Assembly (NCBI GenBank): GCA_965237415.1 | Contig: CBDEFM010000002.1 | Span: forward strand, 320,001 to 384,000 | Source of the DNA: Alphaproteobacteria bacterium | GTDB lineage: Bacteria; Pseudomonadota; Alphaproteobacteria; UBA828 | Length of the DNA: 64,000 bases | Direction: 5' to 3' | Shown: piece by piece, positions 1 through 10,032 of the stretch | Position numbering within the stretch: the first letter of the stretch is position 1 | Layout: every line of letters starts with the position of its first letter | Notes under the pieces: model-generated | What the model saw: only the letters and a program-made list of their open reading frames with translations | Databases searched by the model: none | What the model was told of the DNA's origin: nothing | Position numbers and translations under genes: made by a program

Positions 1-78
1 GGCCTTGTGGCCTCCACACTGTCGATCCTGTTCGTTTTGCCGGCCCTGGTCATGATTGCCGAGGGTCGCCGGGAATAG
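1..78 (+). CDS. 3' end of a membrane protein, probably an RND/AcrB-family efflux transporter (runs off the window)
   Basis: Frame 1 reads GLVASTLSILFVLPALVMIAEGRRE*, resembling the last TM helix of AcrB-family proteins. Confidence 0.5.
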   Translation, partial: GLVASTLSILFVLPALVMIAEGRRE

Positions 79-223
79 TGCCGGTTGGGTCCAGTAAACG
101 TTCTTGGATTAATCTTTCGTTCGAGTGTCGGTACACGCGGTGCTTGCGGTTAGCTATCTCCTGGCGACGAGGCCCGAGATCGGACCGGGCGTCAAAGTCC
201 ACGTGCGGTGACCGCGCACTGAT

Positions 224-697
224 CTACGCCTTCACGATCGTCGGTTGGTGATCGACGGGGAAGCTGACTGAGCGGGCGACGAAGCAATTGGCGTTGGCTG
301 TCTCGTGCAGATGGGCTGCTTTCTCGGCATCGCTTTGGGCCGTGATCGTCACGCGGGGCCTGAGGATGACCCGCGTGAATTCGCCGGCACCGTCGGGAGG
401 GTGGGTCTGCATGACGCCCTCGGTCGCATCTTCATACGCCGTGACCACGACGCCGGCGGTCGAGCAAAGGTGCAGATACCAGAGCATGTGACAGGCCGAG
501 AGCGCCGCCACCAGCATGTCCTCTGGATTGTGCCGGCCCGCATCGCCCCGATAGGCCGGGTCGGCCGACCCCCGAATCAGCGGCTTTCCAGGGCAGGCGA
601 TGTCGTGGTCGCGCGTGTACGTCTTGTACCCCGACGTCCCGTCGCCGCAATTCCCGGTCCAGGTCACCGTCGCGCTGTAGGTGTGCTCCTGTGTCAT
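224..697 (-). CDS. OsmC/Ohr family peroxiredoxin-like protein
   Basis: NPEDMLVAALSACHML and a second Cys in NCFVARSV; RBS GAGGGAG upstream. Confidence 0.9.
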   Translation of the reverse strand: MTQEHTYSATVTWTGNCGDGTSGYKTYTRDHDIACPGKPLIRGSADPAYRGDAGRHNPEDMLVAALSACHMLWYLHLCSTAGVVVTAYEDATEGVMQTHPPDGAGEFTRVILRPRVTITAQSDAEKAAHLHETANANCFVARSVSFPVDHQPTIVKA

Positions 698-780
698 GGC
701 CTACTCCCTCAGTCCTGAACGTGCGGCGCCGGCCGGTGTCGTTTCACGACCGGCCGGCGCCCAACAAGCGCTAAGGAACG

Positions 781-1314
781 CTACTTCGCGCTGACTTGCA
801 CGGTCGCGACCGCTTCAGCGACGGGCTCGATGGTCTTGCGACCTTCATCGTAGCCGATGTCGAAGCGATCGAGCGCGACAGACACGGGCTCGCCGTTCAG
901 CGAAACGACCGCCGTCACGTAGTGATCCTCGTACATTGTGGGTGCCACCATCGCCAGCACGCGGACCTTCGGCGCGTGGCTCGAAATTGCGAAGGTGACC
1001 GATTTTCCAGGAGCGAGAAGAACGCCGGGCGGGCCGTCCATGCCGTGCCCGACCGAGGCGTCGTCGCCGATCGCTGCCGCGAGCATTCCGGGATTCCCGG
1101 TCAGGATCTGGTGCTCGGCTTCCTTCGAGACGTAGCTCTCAACGAAGATCTTGCCGTCTTCCGACACCGGCGCCACCAGCACCGGCGCGAGAAGTTCTTC
1201 GTCCATATTGTTCGTTACAGTGACCTCGTAGGGCGTATGATCAGACGCAACGCTTGCGCTGGTCATTAGACCGACGGCTGCAGCGATTGCCGTCAAACCC
1301 AAAAGATAATTCAT
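781..1314 (-). CDS. Secreted protein, spondin_N-like
   Basis: Signal peptide MNYLLGLTAIAAAVGLMTSASVA; YEVTVTN, APVLV, AM-x-AP and DIGYDE segments; RBS AAGGAG before ATG 1314. Confidence 0.55.
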   Translation of the reverse strand: MNYLLGLTAIAAAVGLMTSASVASDHTPYEVTVTNNMDEELLAPVLVAPVSEDGKIFVESYVSKEAEHQILTGNPGMLAAAIGDDASVGHGMDGPPGVLLAPGKSVTFAISSHAPKVRVLAMVAPTMYEDHYVTAVVSLNGEPVSVALDRFDIGYDEGRKTIEPVAEAVATVQVSAK

Positions 1315-1647
1315 GCGCGTTTTCTCCTTCGCATGGGAGGCATTGCGCGAGCCCTCGACCGCAAAGATCAGGGGCGGCGCGATCCCCATTTCGCCTGCGG
1401 AATGCTCTTCCCGGGCCCGAAGTCCGCGGCGCATTCCGATCTTTCAGAGGTAGGTATGGCCCAACTCCGTTACAACAGGGCGCGAGCCTTCACAGGCTCC
1501 GTGTGCGTGCGCCCCCCTCACGTACCGCGCTGACGACCTCCCCATTTGCGAACCGTAGCTCGGCCGGGCAGACTCCGATCGGCAACGCGCAGACGCGCGG
1601 GGCACCGTCGCCGCCAACCCCACCTGAACGATCGCGGAGCGCGCGGA

Positions 1648-2556
1648 ATGGCAGAGGCAACAGCAGAAAAGCCCAACGAGCCCATCGTCTACCTCAACGG
1701 AGACTTCGTGCCGCTCGGCGAGGCCAAGATCTCCGTGCTCGACCAGGGATTCCTCCTCGGCGATGGAGTCTTCGACGTGGTCTCGGCCTGGCGTGGCTCG
1801 ATCTTCAAGCTCGATCAGCATATCGAGCGCTTCTTCGATTCGCTGCGCGCGACGCGTCTGGAAACGACGATGACCCGCGATAACTGGCGCGCCGCGATCG
1901 TCCAGACCTGCCGGCGCAACGGTCTGCGCGATGCCAGCATCCGCTTCATCGTGACTCGCGGCGCGCCCAACGCCGTCGTCGCCGACCCGCGCGACTTCGA
2001 ACCCACACGTATTGTCTGGGCCGCGCCTTACATCTTCCTCGCCGACGATGCGACACGGCGCACGGGCATTCGTCTCCACATCACCCATCTGCGGGCGTTC
2101 TCTCCCGATACGCTCGACGCCCGCTACAAATGCCTCGATCGCCTGCACTCGCAGATGGCGCGAATCGAGGCGTTGGAAGCCGGCTATGACGACGTAATCT
2201 GGCTCGACCAGGCGGGCTATGCGTGCGAGGGGCCGGCTTCCAACATCTTTGCCGTCAAGGACGACGTGGTGCGCACGCCAGGGCGCAACGTGCTGCGCGG
2301 CATCACGCGCCAGACCTTCATCGAACTCGCCAAGGACGCAGGCCTGCCGCTCGTCGAATGCGACTTGACCGCCTTCGACCTCTACGCCGCCGACGAGGTT
2401 TTCACGTGCAGCACTGCCGGCGGTGCCTTGGCGGTGCGCGAGATCGCCGGCCGTCGGCTCCCCCAACCTTGCCCCGGCCCGATCACCGAGCGCCTCGACC
2501 GCCTCTATTGGGCGCTGCGGGATTCAGGCGCCCACGGCACGCCGGTGTTCGACTGA
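1648..2556 (+). CDS. PLP-dependent aminotransferase class IV (fold type IV)
   Basis: AKISVLDQGFLLGDGVFD, HIERF, catalytic Lys in ARYKCL, EGPASNIF, LRGITR, ADEVFTCSTAGG. Confidence 0.9.
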   Translation: MAEATAEKPNEPIVYLNGDFVPLGEAKISVLDQGFLLGDGVFDVVSAWRGSIFKLDQHIERFFDSLRATRLETTMTRDNWRAAIVQTCRRNGLRDASIRFIVTRGAPNAVVADPRDFEPTRIVWAAPYIFLADDATRRTGIRLHITHLRAFSPDTLDARYKCLDRLHSQMARIEALEAGYDDVIWLDQAGYACEGPASNIFAVKDDVVRTPGRNVLRGITRQTFIELAKDAGLPLVECDLTAFDLYAADEVFTCSTAGGALAVREIAGRRLPQPCPGPITERLDRLYWALRDSGAHGTPVFD

Positions 2557-2586
2557 CCGTTTGCAACCGGGAAATCGGGCTGCATC

Positions 2587-3588
2587 TTATCGAGTTGGCC
2601 CCGAATAGGGCTCCCGGTCGTCATAGAGTGCTGCTTCGAACGCCCGCAGACGCTTGTAGACGGAGATCAGTTCGACGATGACCGTCCAACTGTGCACGAG
2701 GAACTGAAAAGCGGACTCGACACGCCCGAAGGCGCGGACGATTTGCTGCATCACGCCGAGGGTTATGGTGCCGGCGACGATGGTCGGAGCCAGCGCGATA
2801 TAGGGGATCAGGACGGCGAATTGAAGATAGGACCATTTTGCAATATCGAAGTACATGTAATGGAAGAAAAGTCGGAAATAGTTTCGCCGAACGCTGAAAA
2901 ACAGTTCGCGTACCGTCGGCGGGTCGGCCCGCTCCTCGTGGTCTTCGCCGTAAACCAGCTCCTTTCGGTACGCGGCTTCGACCATTTGGTTCTTGAACTC
3001 TAATCCCGGCAACTTGATGCCGACGGCGGCGAGCACTGCCGTGCCGAACAGCGCCAGGATGATGGCGGCATAGACCAGCGCATGGTCCAGCGGTCCGATT
3101 ACCGGCACTACCTTAATCGCTTTCGACAGCTCCCAGAGGATCGGCAGGAAGGCGAACAACGTCATGATGGCATCCAGGAGCCGGCTACCCAGCGATTCCA
3201 TGATGATGGCGAAACGGCGGGTATCTTCCTGAATGCGCTGGCTTGCGCCTTCGATATGGCGCAGGCGCGCCCATCGGGCCATATAAAAGTCGTTCATGGC
3301 GTGGCGCCAGCGGAAGACCCAATGCTTTGTGAAGAAGCTCAGCAGAACGGCGATGACGATGTAAATTCCTGCGATGCGCGCGAAGGTGAATATCAGCACG
3401 TAGAACTCTTCAATGGTCATGCTGCCCGGTTCGCCCAGTGCTTTCTGGACAGCGTCGTAGAATTCACCGAACCACTCGTTAATTTGAACGTCGATCTGAA
3501 CTTGATACCAGGTGCCGCCAATGATGATCGCCATGCCACCCCAGGCCCACAGCGCCCATTCGCGGGAAAGAAAGAAAGACCGGAACAT
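2587..3588 (-). CDS. sbmA: SbmA/BacA-family peptide transporter
   Basis: MFRSFF start, FRWRHAMN, IEGASQRIQEDT, KLPGLEFKNQMVEAAYRKELVYGED, ELISVYKRLRAFE. Confidence 0.85.
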   Translation of the reverse strand: MFRSFFLSREWALWAWGGMAIIIGGTWYQVQIDVQINEWFGEFYDAVQKALGEPGSMTIEEFYVLIFTFARIAGIYIVIAVLLSFFTKHWVFRWRHAMNDFYMARWARLRHIEGASQRIQEDTRRFAIIMESLGSRLLDAIMTLFAFLPILWELSKAIKVVPVIGPLDHALVYAAIILALFGTAVLAAVGIKLPGLEFKNQMVEAAYRKELVYGEDHEERADPPTVRELFFSVRRNYFRLFFHYMYFDIAKWSYLQFAVLIPYIALAPTIVAGTITLGVMQQIVRAFGRVESAFQFLVHSWTVIVELISVYKRLRAFEAALYDDREPYSGPTR

Positions 3589-3820
3589 GAAACCTCCCTT
3601 GAACCCATATCGGCCGTGAGGGATTTGAATGTCAAATTAACACTTCGTAATACATTGCCAGTTCGTGGTGCAAGAATTTGTGTTAGCGTTATTTCGTGAA
3701 CAAGAATACTTGTGTGTCCATGAGAACCGAGTGATTCGCCTTCTTCGCTTCCAATTCACGAAAATGTGTGGGGGAACTTCCGCAAGCACGCGCAAGGTAT
3801 TGCTGGGTTGGCGGCGCCTC

Positions 3821-4276
3821 TCAGCCCCAATAGTGGCCAGTGGTGGCGATTACCAGGGTTACGATCCCCAGTGCCAGATTGACGGCGATGGTCCAACGAA
3901 TTCGCTCGATGGCGCGGCCGGCCGCCGGCAGGACGCCTGCGTCGAGCGCCTTGAGAAACGCGCGATAAGGCCCCACCAGGAGCGCCAGGTAGATCAACGC
4001 CATGAGCACGCCGGTGCCCTGCATCAGATGCACGGAGAGCCCGATCCCGGAGAAGCCGCCGAGCTCGACGAGGATCATCGCGTGGCCGGTGGCAAGCAGC
4101 GCGAGCACAGCGATGCCCACGGCCGGGAAAAAACGCGCAAACACCCGGCGCCATAGCGCGAGCCGCACCGCAGGCTCCAACGGGCCTGCCGCCGGCCGCA
4201 GCACGATCAGCGCGAAAAACATCCCGCCGACCCAGACGACCGCGCTCAAGAGATGGATGGTGACAAGATAGGCCAT
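3821..4276 (-). CDS. CopD-like/DUF4149 integral membrane protein
   Basis: HLLSAVVWVGGMFF-x-LRPA motif, four hydrophobic helices. Confidence 0.7.
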   Translation of the reverse strand: MAYLVTIHLLSAVVWVGGMFFALIVLRPAAGPLEPAVRLALWRRVFARFFPAVGIAVLALLATGHAMILVELGGFSGIGLSVHLMQGTGVLMALIYLALLVGPYRAFLKALDAGVLPAAGRAIERIRWTIAVNLALGIVTLVIATTGHYWG

Positions 4277-4357
4277 GGCTCATCCTCGCTGGCTCCCAGC
4301 GGGCTCGTACCACGGAGCCGTGGCGGAGGCCACGGTGTGTTAATCCGCCTTCGTCAA

Positions 4358-4384
4358 TTGACAAGCCCTTCGGCAGCACTATCT
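4358..4384 (+). promoter_or_regulatory. Putative housekeeping promoter of erpA
   Basis: TTGACA followed by CTATCT, close to the alphaproteobacterial CTTGAC-N17-CTATAT consensus. Confidence 0.45.
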
Positions 4385-4421
4385 AATCACTAGCAGGTCG
4401 CACGCAGGATCACCTATCGCC

Positions 4422-4796
4422 ATGGCACGCTCATTCGACGCAATGGAATCTCTCGCCGCCGGGGAGGGGGAGATCACGCTCTCCGCCCGCGCCGCCCGGC
4501 GGATCGCGATGCTGATTGCCAGCGAGGCCGATTCGGGGACGATGCTCCGGGTCAGCGTTTCCGGTGGCGGGTGCTCCGGCTTCCAATACGGCTTCGGTTT
4601 CGAGACCGAACAACGGCCGGATGACATCGCCATCGAGCGGGACGGCATCGTGGCGCTCGTGGACCGGGTCTCGGCCGGCTACATGGCGGGCTCGGAGATC
4701 GATTATGTGGAGGACCTGATCGGCGCCTCATTCCAGGTGGAGAACCCGAACGCGGTCTCCGGCTGCGGCTGCGGCACGTCCTTTTCCCTCGTCTGA
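4422..4796 (+). CDS. erpA: A-type Fe-S cluster carrier (HesB/IscA/ErpA)
   Basis: GGGCSGFQY and NPNA-x-GCGCGTSF. Confidence 0.9.
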   Translation: MARSFDAMESLAAGEGEITLSARAARRIAMLIASEADSGTMLRVSVSGGGCSGFQYGFGFETEQRPDDIAIERDGIVALVDRVSAGYMAGSEIDYVEDLIGASFQVENPNAVSGCGCGTSFSLV

Positions 4797-4800
4797 GTCC

Positions 4801-5574
4801 GTGCTCAAGATCGCGACCTGGAACGTCAATTCGATCAAGGTCCGTCTGCCCGCGCTGCTGGATTGGCTGGGCAGCGCGCAGCCGGACGTGGTGCTGCTGC
4901 AGGAAACCAAATCCCTCGACGAGGCCTTCCCGCGCCTCGAGATCGAAGACTGCGGCTACAACCTCGCCGTCCACGGGCAGAAGACCTACAACGGCGTCGC
5001 GATCCTCAGCAAACGGCCGTTGGAGGATGTCTTCATCGGCCTCCCCGGCGACGAGGACGATCACCAAGCCCGCTATGTCGAGGCCGTGACCGGCGGCGTC
5101 CGGGTCGCTTCGATCTATCTGCCCAACGGAAATCCAGTCGAGACAGAGAAGTTCCCCTACAAGCTTGGGTGGATGGACCGGCTTGCCGCCCGCGCTGAGA
5201 TCCTGCACGGCTACGAGGAAGTGGTCGTGCTCGGCGGCGACTACAACGTCCTCCCGGCCGATCTCGATTGCTACGACCCGCAAGCCTGGCGCGACGACGC
5301 GCTCTGCCGCACCGAATCGCGCGCCCGCTTCCGTACCCTGCTCCACAGCGGTTACGTGGAGGCGTTCCGAACGCTCCACCCGAACCGGCGGGCCTACACC
5401 TTCTGGGACTATCAGGCCGGACGCTGGCAGAGGGGCGAGGGGTTGCGCATCGACCATCTGCTGCTTTCGCCGGAGGCGGCCGACCGCCTGGACGCCAGCG
5501 AGATCGACACGGGCCCGCGCGGCGGCGTGAAAGCCTCGGACCACACGCCGATCTGGTGCACGCTGCGGGAATGA
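4801..5574 (+). CDS. xth: Exodeoxyribonuclease III
   Basis: ATWNVNS, LQETK, GGDYN, RIDHLLLS, SDHTP. Confidence 0.95.
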   Translation: MLKIATWNVNSIKVRLPALLDWLGSAQPDVVLLQETKSLDEAFPRLEIEDCGYNLAVHGQKTYNGVAILSKRPLEDVFIGLPGDEDDHQARYVEAVTGGVRVASIYLPNGNPVETEKFPYKLGWMDRLAARAEILHGYEEVVVLGGDYNVLPADLDCYDPQAWRDDALCRTESRARFRTLLHSGYVEAFRTLHPNRRAYTFWDYQAGRWQRGEGLRIDHLLLSPEAADRLDASEIDTGPRGGVKASDHTPIWCTLRE

Positions 5575-6002
5575 GCGACACACCCACGATCGAAGGCGGC
5601 TGCCGCTGCGGCGCCGTGCGCTACAGGGCCAAGGGCGGGTCGCTCTGGGTGACCCACTGCCACTGCGAGGAGTGCCGGCGCTCATCCGGCGCGCCGGTCT
5701 CGACGTTCGTCGGGGTCCGCACTGACGGGTTCACCTTCGTGGCCGGCACGCCTGGCGCCTACGAAAGCTCACCGCAGGTGATACGCAAATTCTGCGGCGC
5801 CTGCGGCACGCCGCTTACCTACGAAGCGGCGGTCTACCCTGGCGAGGTCCACATCATGGCCGGCACGCTCGACACGCCGGAGGGTCTAGTCCCGGAGCGG
5901 CACGTCTACGTCCGCGAGCGCCTGCCCTGGATGGCGATCGGGGACGACCTACCCCAGCACGATACCCTGCCGCATGGAGTCCCGCGCGTCCCGCGGTCTT
6001 GA
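5571..6002 (+). CDS. GFA/CENP-V family Zn protein
   Basis: GGCRCGAVRY, CHCEECRR, FCGACGT; ATGA overlap with xth stop. Confidence 0.9.
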   Translation: MSDTPTIEGGCRCGAVRYRAKGGSLWVTHCHCEECRRSSGAPVSTFVGVRTDGFTFVAGTPGAYESSPQVIRKFCGACGTPLTYEAAVYPGEVHIMAGTLDTPEGLVPERHVYVRERLPWMAIGDDLPQHDTLPHGVPRVPRS

Positions 6003-6013
6003 GTCCGGCCGCG

Positions 6014-6478
6014 TCAGGCGGCGGCGGCGGCGAAGCGGCCGAATTCGTAGAGCTTGCGCTTGGTCGGACCCTTGCTGCCCTCGGGCTCCTTTTCCGCTTC
6101 GAAGTTGAGCTCGATGACCACGCCGCTCGGGTCGAGGACGAAGAGCTGCCAGAGCTTGAAGTCGGGGATGTTCATCTGGCGCCACTCGCAGCGCTTCTTG
6201 ATGAACGTCTGCTTCATCTCGTCGAAGCCCTGCGCCCTGAGCGCAATATGGTCCACCGGCGAGGTGCGCTGGTTGTACCTGTAGTTCCCGTTGTGGGTCT
6301 TGGCGGCGTCGCCGCCATAGATGTGGAACATGGTTTCGCCCATCTGGAGCCAGGCGCCGGGGAACGGGAAATCCGGGCGTTCGACCTGGTCCATGCCGAG
6401 CACGTCCGTATAGAACGCCACCGTATCCTCAAGGTTCTTGGACTTGATGGCCACGTGATGCAGGTCGAGCAAGGGCAT
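6014..6478 (-). CDS. VOC/glyoxalase family protein
   Basis: LHHVAI...FYTDVLG, RPDFPFPGAW, DHIA, QLFVLDPSGVVIELNF; RBS AAGGAG. Confidence 0.9.
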   Translation of the reverse strand: MPLLDLHHVAIKSKNLEDTVAFYTDVLGMDQVERPDFPFPGAWLQMGETMFHIYGGDAAKTHNGNYRYNQRTSPVDHIALRAQGFDEMKQTFIKKRCEWRQMNIPDFKLWQLFVLDPSGVVIELNFEAEKEPEGSKGPTKRKLYEFGRFAAAAA

Positions 6479-6583
6479 GGCATCTCTCCTTCGCGAGCGC
6501 AGAGCGTCAACGTATCTTAGCCGCTCCGCCCGTCGAGACAACGGGCTTCCGCTGGGCGAGGCACATTTGAAGGGGGAGTCACC

Positions 6584-7558
6584 ATGAGCACGCTGCACGA
6601 GGACCTGATCGTCATCGATGGGCTCATCGTTTCCAACTGGTCGGCGGAAGTTTTCGGCGACATGCGCAAGGGCGGCCTCACCGCCGCAAACTGCACCTGC
6701 TGCGTGTGGGAGGGGTTCGTCGACACCATGGACAACATCGCCCGCTGGAACGGCTGGTTCCGCGACCATGACGACCTGATCGTCAAGGCGCGCACCGCAG
6801 CCGACATCCGCCGGGCCAAGGAAGAAGGACGCACCGCGATCATCCTCGGCTTCCAGAACACGTCCGCCTTCGAGGACAAGCTGGGCGCGGTCCAGCACTT
6901 CAAGGACGTGGGCGTCGGCATCGCGCAGCTCACCTACAACACCCAGAACTTCGCAGGCTCCGGCTGCTACGAGAGCAGCGATTCCGGCCTCAGCGACTGG
7001 GGCCGCGAGCTGGTGGCCGAGATGAACCGGGTTGGGATGCTCATCGACCTCAGCCACGTGGGCTCCCGAACCTCCGAGGAGACGATCCGCGAATCCGCCA
7101 AGCCGGTCGCCTACACGCACTGCCTGCCGTCCGCCCTCAAGCCGCACCCCCGCAACAAGAGCGACGGGGAGCTCCGCTTCATCGCCGATCAAGGCGGCAT
7201 GATCGGCGTCACCATGTTCCCTGCGTTCCTCAAGCGGGGCGAGGACTCGACGGTGGACGACTACGTGGAGGCCATGGAGCATGTGATCTCTGTCGCCGGT
7301 GAGGACCACGTCGCCTTCGGCACCGATTTCACCCAGGGCCACGGCCAGGCGTTCTTCGACTGGATCACCAACGACAAGGGCAACGCCCGCTCGCTCATCA
7401 AGTTCAGCCCGATGTCGAACCCGAAGGGCGTGGAAACCATCGGGCAGCTCCCCAACCTCACCGCCGCCATGGAGCGCGCCGGCTGGTCGGAGGGCCGCAT
7501 CCGCAAGGTGATGGGCGAGAATTGGCTGCGCTTCCTCGCAGAGGTCTGGGGGGAGTAA
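6584..7558 (+). CDS. Membrane dipeptidase family (M19) amidohydrolase
   Basis: QLTYN, EMNRVGMLIDLSH, HPRNKSD, GTDF; resembles the dipeptidase-like genes of betaine-catabolic clusters. Confidence 0.85.
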   Translation: MSTLHEDLIVIDGLIVSNWSAEVFGDMRKGGLTAANCTCCVWEGFVDTMDNIARWNGWFRDHDDLIVKARTAADIRRAKEEGRTAIILGFQNTSAFEDKLGAVQHFKDVGVGIAQLTYNTQNFAGSGCYESSDSGLSDWGRELVAEMNRVGMLIDLSHVGSRTSEETIRESAKPVAYTHCLPSALKPHPRNKSDGELRFIADQGGMIGVTMFPAFLKRGEDSTVDDYVEAMEHVISVAGEDHVAFGTDFTQGHGQAFFDWITNDKGNARSLIKFSPMSNPKGVETIGQLPNLTAAMERAGWSEGRIRKVMGENWLRFLAEVWGE

Positions 7559-7573
7559 CGGGGGAATAGGGAG

Positions 7574-8206
7574 CTATGGCCGCAGCGTCAGCGTGCCGCC
7601 CCGGACCTCGTAGCCGCTCAGGCGCTCGAGCGCGCTGATGCCGAGCAGCGAGTGCGGCAACCGTTCTCCATTGACGACGGCCCGCACGTTAGTCAAGCGA
7701 ATGTCGCCGAGCTCGAGTGTGCGGATGACGACCGGCGCGGCGCGCACGATGCCGCCGGCGGTGTGCAGGCGCTGTGAGTAGTTGAGGCGCGTGCGGTCGA
7801 AGCCGATTCGCTCGGCGTCATCCGGGCTCAGCGCCACAACGCTCGCACCGGTATCGACCAGGAATCTGACGCCCTGTCCGTTGACGCGGGAGTCGATATA
7901 GAAGTGGCCGTCGCGGTGGGCGCGCACGCGCACGGCGCCGTCCTCGGTCGTCACCGCCGCGTAGGGGACAATCTCGCCGCCCAGCCGGTCGACGAGGTCG
8001 GTGAGCTCGAAGCGGTAGCTGTAGCCGATCGCCAGCACTGCGGCGAGCGCCAACCACACGGCGGCATGGCGCAACCTGCGAACCCACGCATGGGGCGCCG
8101 ATCTTCGTGGCGGTCGCGGCGGTGGCGGGGATGGCGGCAGCGACCCAAGCCGGTGCCATCCAGCCTCGCGGCGCAGGCGGCTCCAGGGTCCACGCTCGGA
8201 AGTCAT
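7574..8206 (-). CDS. Clan AA (retropepsin-like) aspartic protease, TIGR02281 type
   Basis: N-terminal TM helix, DGHF, FLVDTGAS, SLLG. Confidence 0.9.
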   Translation of the reverse strand: MTSERGPWSRLRREAGWHRLGSLPPSPPPPRPPRRSAPHAWVRRLRHAAVWLALAAVLAIGYSYRFELTDLVDRLGGEIVPYAAVTTEDGAVRVRAHRDGHFYIDSRVNGQGVRFLVDTGASVVALSPDDAERIGFDRTRLNYSQRLHTAGGIVRAAPVVIRTLELGDIRLTNVRAVVNGERLPHSLLGISALERLSGYEVRGGTLTLRP

Positions 8207-8589
8207 GGCCGGTCCACCGGGTCCGCTCGCGATCGGCGCCGTCGCGCGCTGGGCCTTCGCATCGCCTCCCTGTCCTGCCTCACCGGGACTCGCAACGCCA
8301 TGTGGGCGGGGCACCCGGGAGGCATAAGCCCGACTGGATCGACGTCTCCCATATGGATCGATCTGGTGTCGCATCCCTAAGATTACCAGCGGCATCGGTC
8401 GATCCGCGGTCAGTCGCGTTGCCGCCGGCGACCGGCCGGCTGGCTTCGTTCGATTGTCGGCTATCCATTTGCGTTTCTTATAGCAATGGTAGGGATATTA
8501 TATTTGTTGTAATGGCTATGCCGATTACGTGAGTCCTCAGCAGATGCCCTTCGGACGCTTCCCGGAGGGAAAAGCGAGGACACCGGATC

Positions 8590-8844
8590 ATGGCCGTTCA
8601 CACCGCGAGTACACAGTCCACCGATCGCACCGTCGCGGCCGAGCCCGCTCCCGCAGAGCCGGCACCCGTGCAACGCGCTCGCACCGATCTGGCGGTCCGC
8701 GCAGCGGCTGGGGGCACGCGAGGGTCCACGCCGAGGAAGCTTGAAGGCGTCCGGGCGGCCGCCTCCGTCTTGGGATGGATGCTGTGGATTCTCCTTGCTC
8801 TCATGACGGCGGCGCTTCTGGCCTTCGCACCTTCGATGCTGTAG
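8590..8844 (+). CDS. Small hypothetical protein with a C-terminal TM helix
   Basis: RBS GAGGA, hydrophobic C-terminus, follows an AT-rich divergent promoter region. Confidence 0.5.
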   Translation: MAVHTASTQSTDRTVAAEPAPAEPAPVQRARTDLAVRAAAGGTRGSTPRKLEGVRAAASVLGWMLWILLALMTAALLAFAPSML

Positions 8845-8876
8845 TTCGCCCACCCCCGATATTGAGTGTTTCCGTC

Positions 8877-9890
8877 TCACGCGGAATCGCTCGAGTCGGG
8901 GGCGCCCGTTCCGGTCTCTTTCGCGGTCTTCGCCAGCAGGTGCGCGCCGGAGGTCGTGGGCGCGTAGCGCGGCGGATCGTCCGGGCGCCGGCAGGTCGGG
9001 AGGCACTCGATCAGGGCGTCGTGGTTCGGCTGGTGGAAGAAGGCGATCGACGCGCGCCGGCTGCCCGCCCTCCGAGCCGGCGGCGGATTGACCACGCGGT
9101 GAAGCGTCGAGACCCAGCGGTCGTTGGTCCACTGCGCCATGAGGTCGCCGAGGTTGACGATGAAGGTGCCGGGCACAGGCTCGACATCGCACCAAGCCCC
9201 GTCGCTGCCGCGCACCTGCAGGCCGCCGGCGCCTGCCGTCGCCAGAAGGATCGTGAGGCTGCCGTAGTCGCTGTGCGCGCCCGCCCGCAATTGCCCCGGC
9301 AGGGGAGGGCGAGCCGCCTCGGCATAGTGGTTGAGGCGCATGGCGGTGATGTGGCGGTCGATCTTGTCGGCGAAGAATTTTTCAGGCATTCCGAGCGCCA
9401 GCGCGAAGATGCGCATGAGCCTCTCGGCGAGGCCCTCCATCGCACGGTAGTAAACACAGAGCCGCTCCTGAAAGCCGCGCGGCCGGCTCGGCCAGATGTT
9501 GGGCTCGAACCAGGTCTCGCGGTGCGCCGCGTAGTAGGGCTCCTCCGGCAGGTCGAAGCGCCCGAAGGTGAAGGCCTCGATCAGATCCGGCGGCGACTCC
9601 CCGCCCAGCGTGTAGGCCAGCGCGTTCCCGCCGACCGGCATGTAGCCGCGTCGGAAATCGCCCTTCGGCGACATCCACTGGCGCTTCTCGGCGTCGCCCT
9701 GGTCGAAGAACGCCCAGGTTGCCGCCAGGGCATCGTCGATCACCGGGCGCGGAACGCCGTGACCGGCAACGATCAGGAAGCCGATGCGCCGGCAGGCTTC
9801 ATCGACGAGCTGCGCCACCGCAGATTTCCGGGCTTCGTCGCCGCTCAGGAACGGCGCGATGTCGACGACGGGGACGGCGCTTTCGCTCAT
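8877..9890 (-). CDS. 2OG-Fe(II) dioxygenase, isopenicillin N synthase-like family
   Basis: HSDYG, NLGDLMAQWTND, STLHRV, RASIAFF. Confidence 0.92.
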   Translation of the reverse strand: MSESAVPVVDIAPFLSGDEARKSAVAQLVDEACRRIGFLIVAGHGVPRPVIDDALAATWAFFDQGDAEKRQWMSPKGDFRRGYMPVGGNALAYTLGGESPPDLIEAFTFGRFDLPEEPYYAAHRETWFEPNIWPSRPRGFQERLCVYYRAMEGLAERLMRIFALALGMPEKFFADKIDRHITAMRLNHYAEAARPPLPGQLRAGAHSDYGSLTILLATAGAGGLQVRGSDGAWCDVEPVPGTFIVNLGDLMAQWTNDRWVSTLHRVVNPPPARRAGSRRASIAFFHQPNHDALIECLPTCRRPDDPPRYAPTTSGAHLLAKTAKETGTGAPDSSDSA

Positions 9891-10032
9891 GGCGCGCTCA
9901 TGGTGTCACGGCGGCTGGCACGGGGCCACATCCGCCAGCGCCCGCACGCTTGCCGGCTGCGCCGCGATCAGGCAAACAGCCGCAGCGGAGGGGTAACGTC
10001 ATCGCCCCAGGGGGAGGGAGAATACAGGGGCC

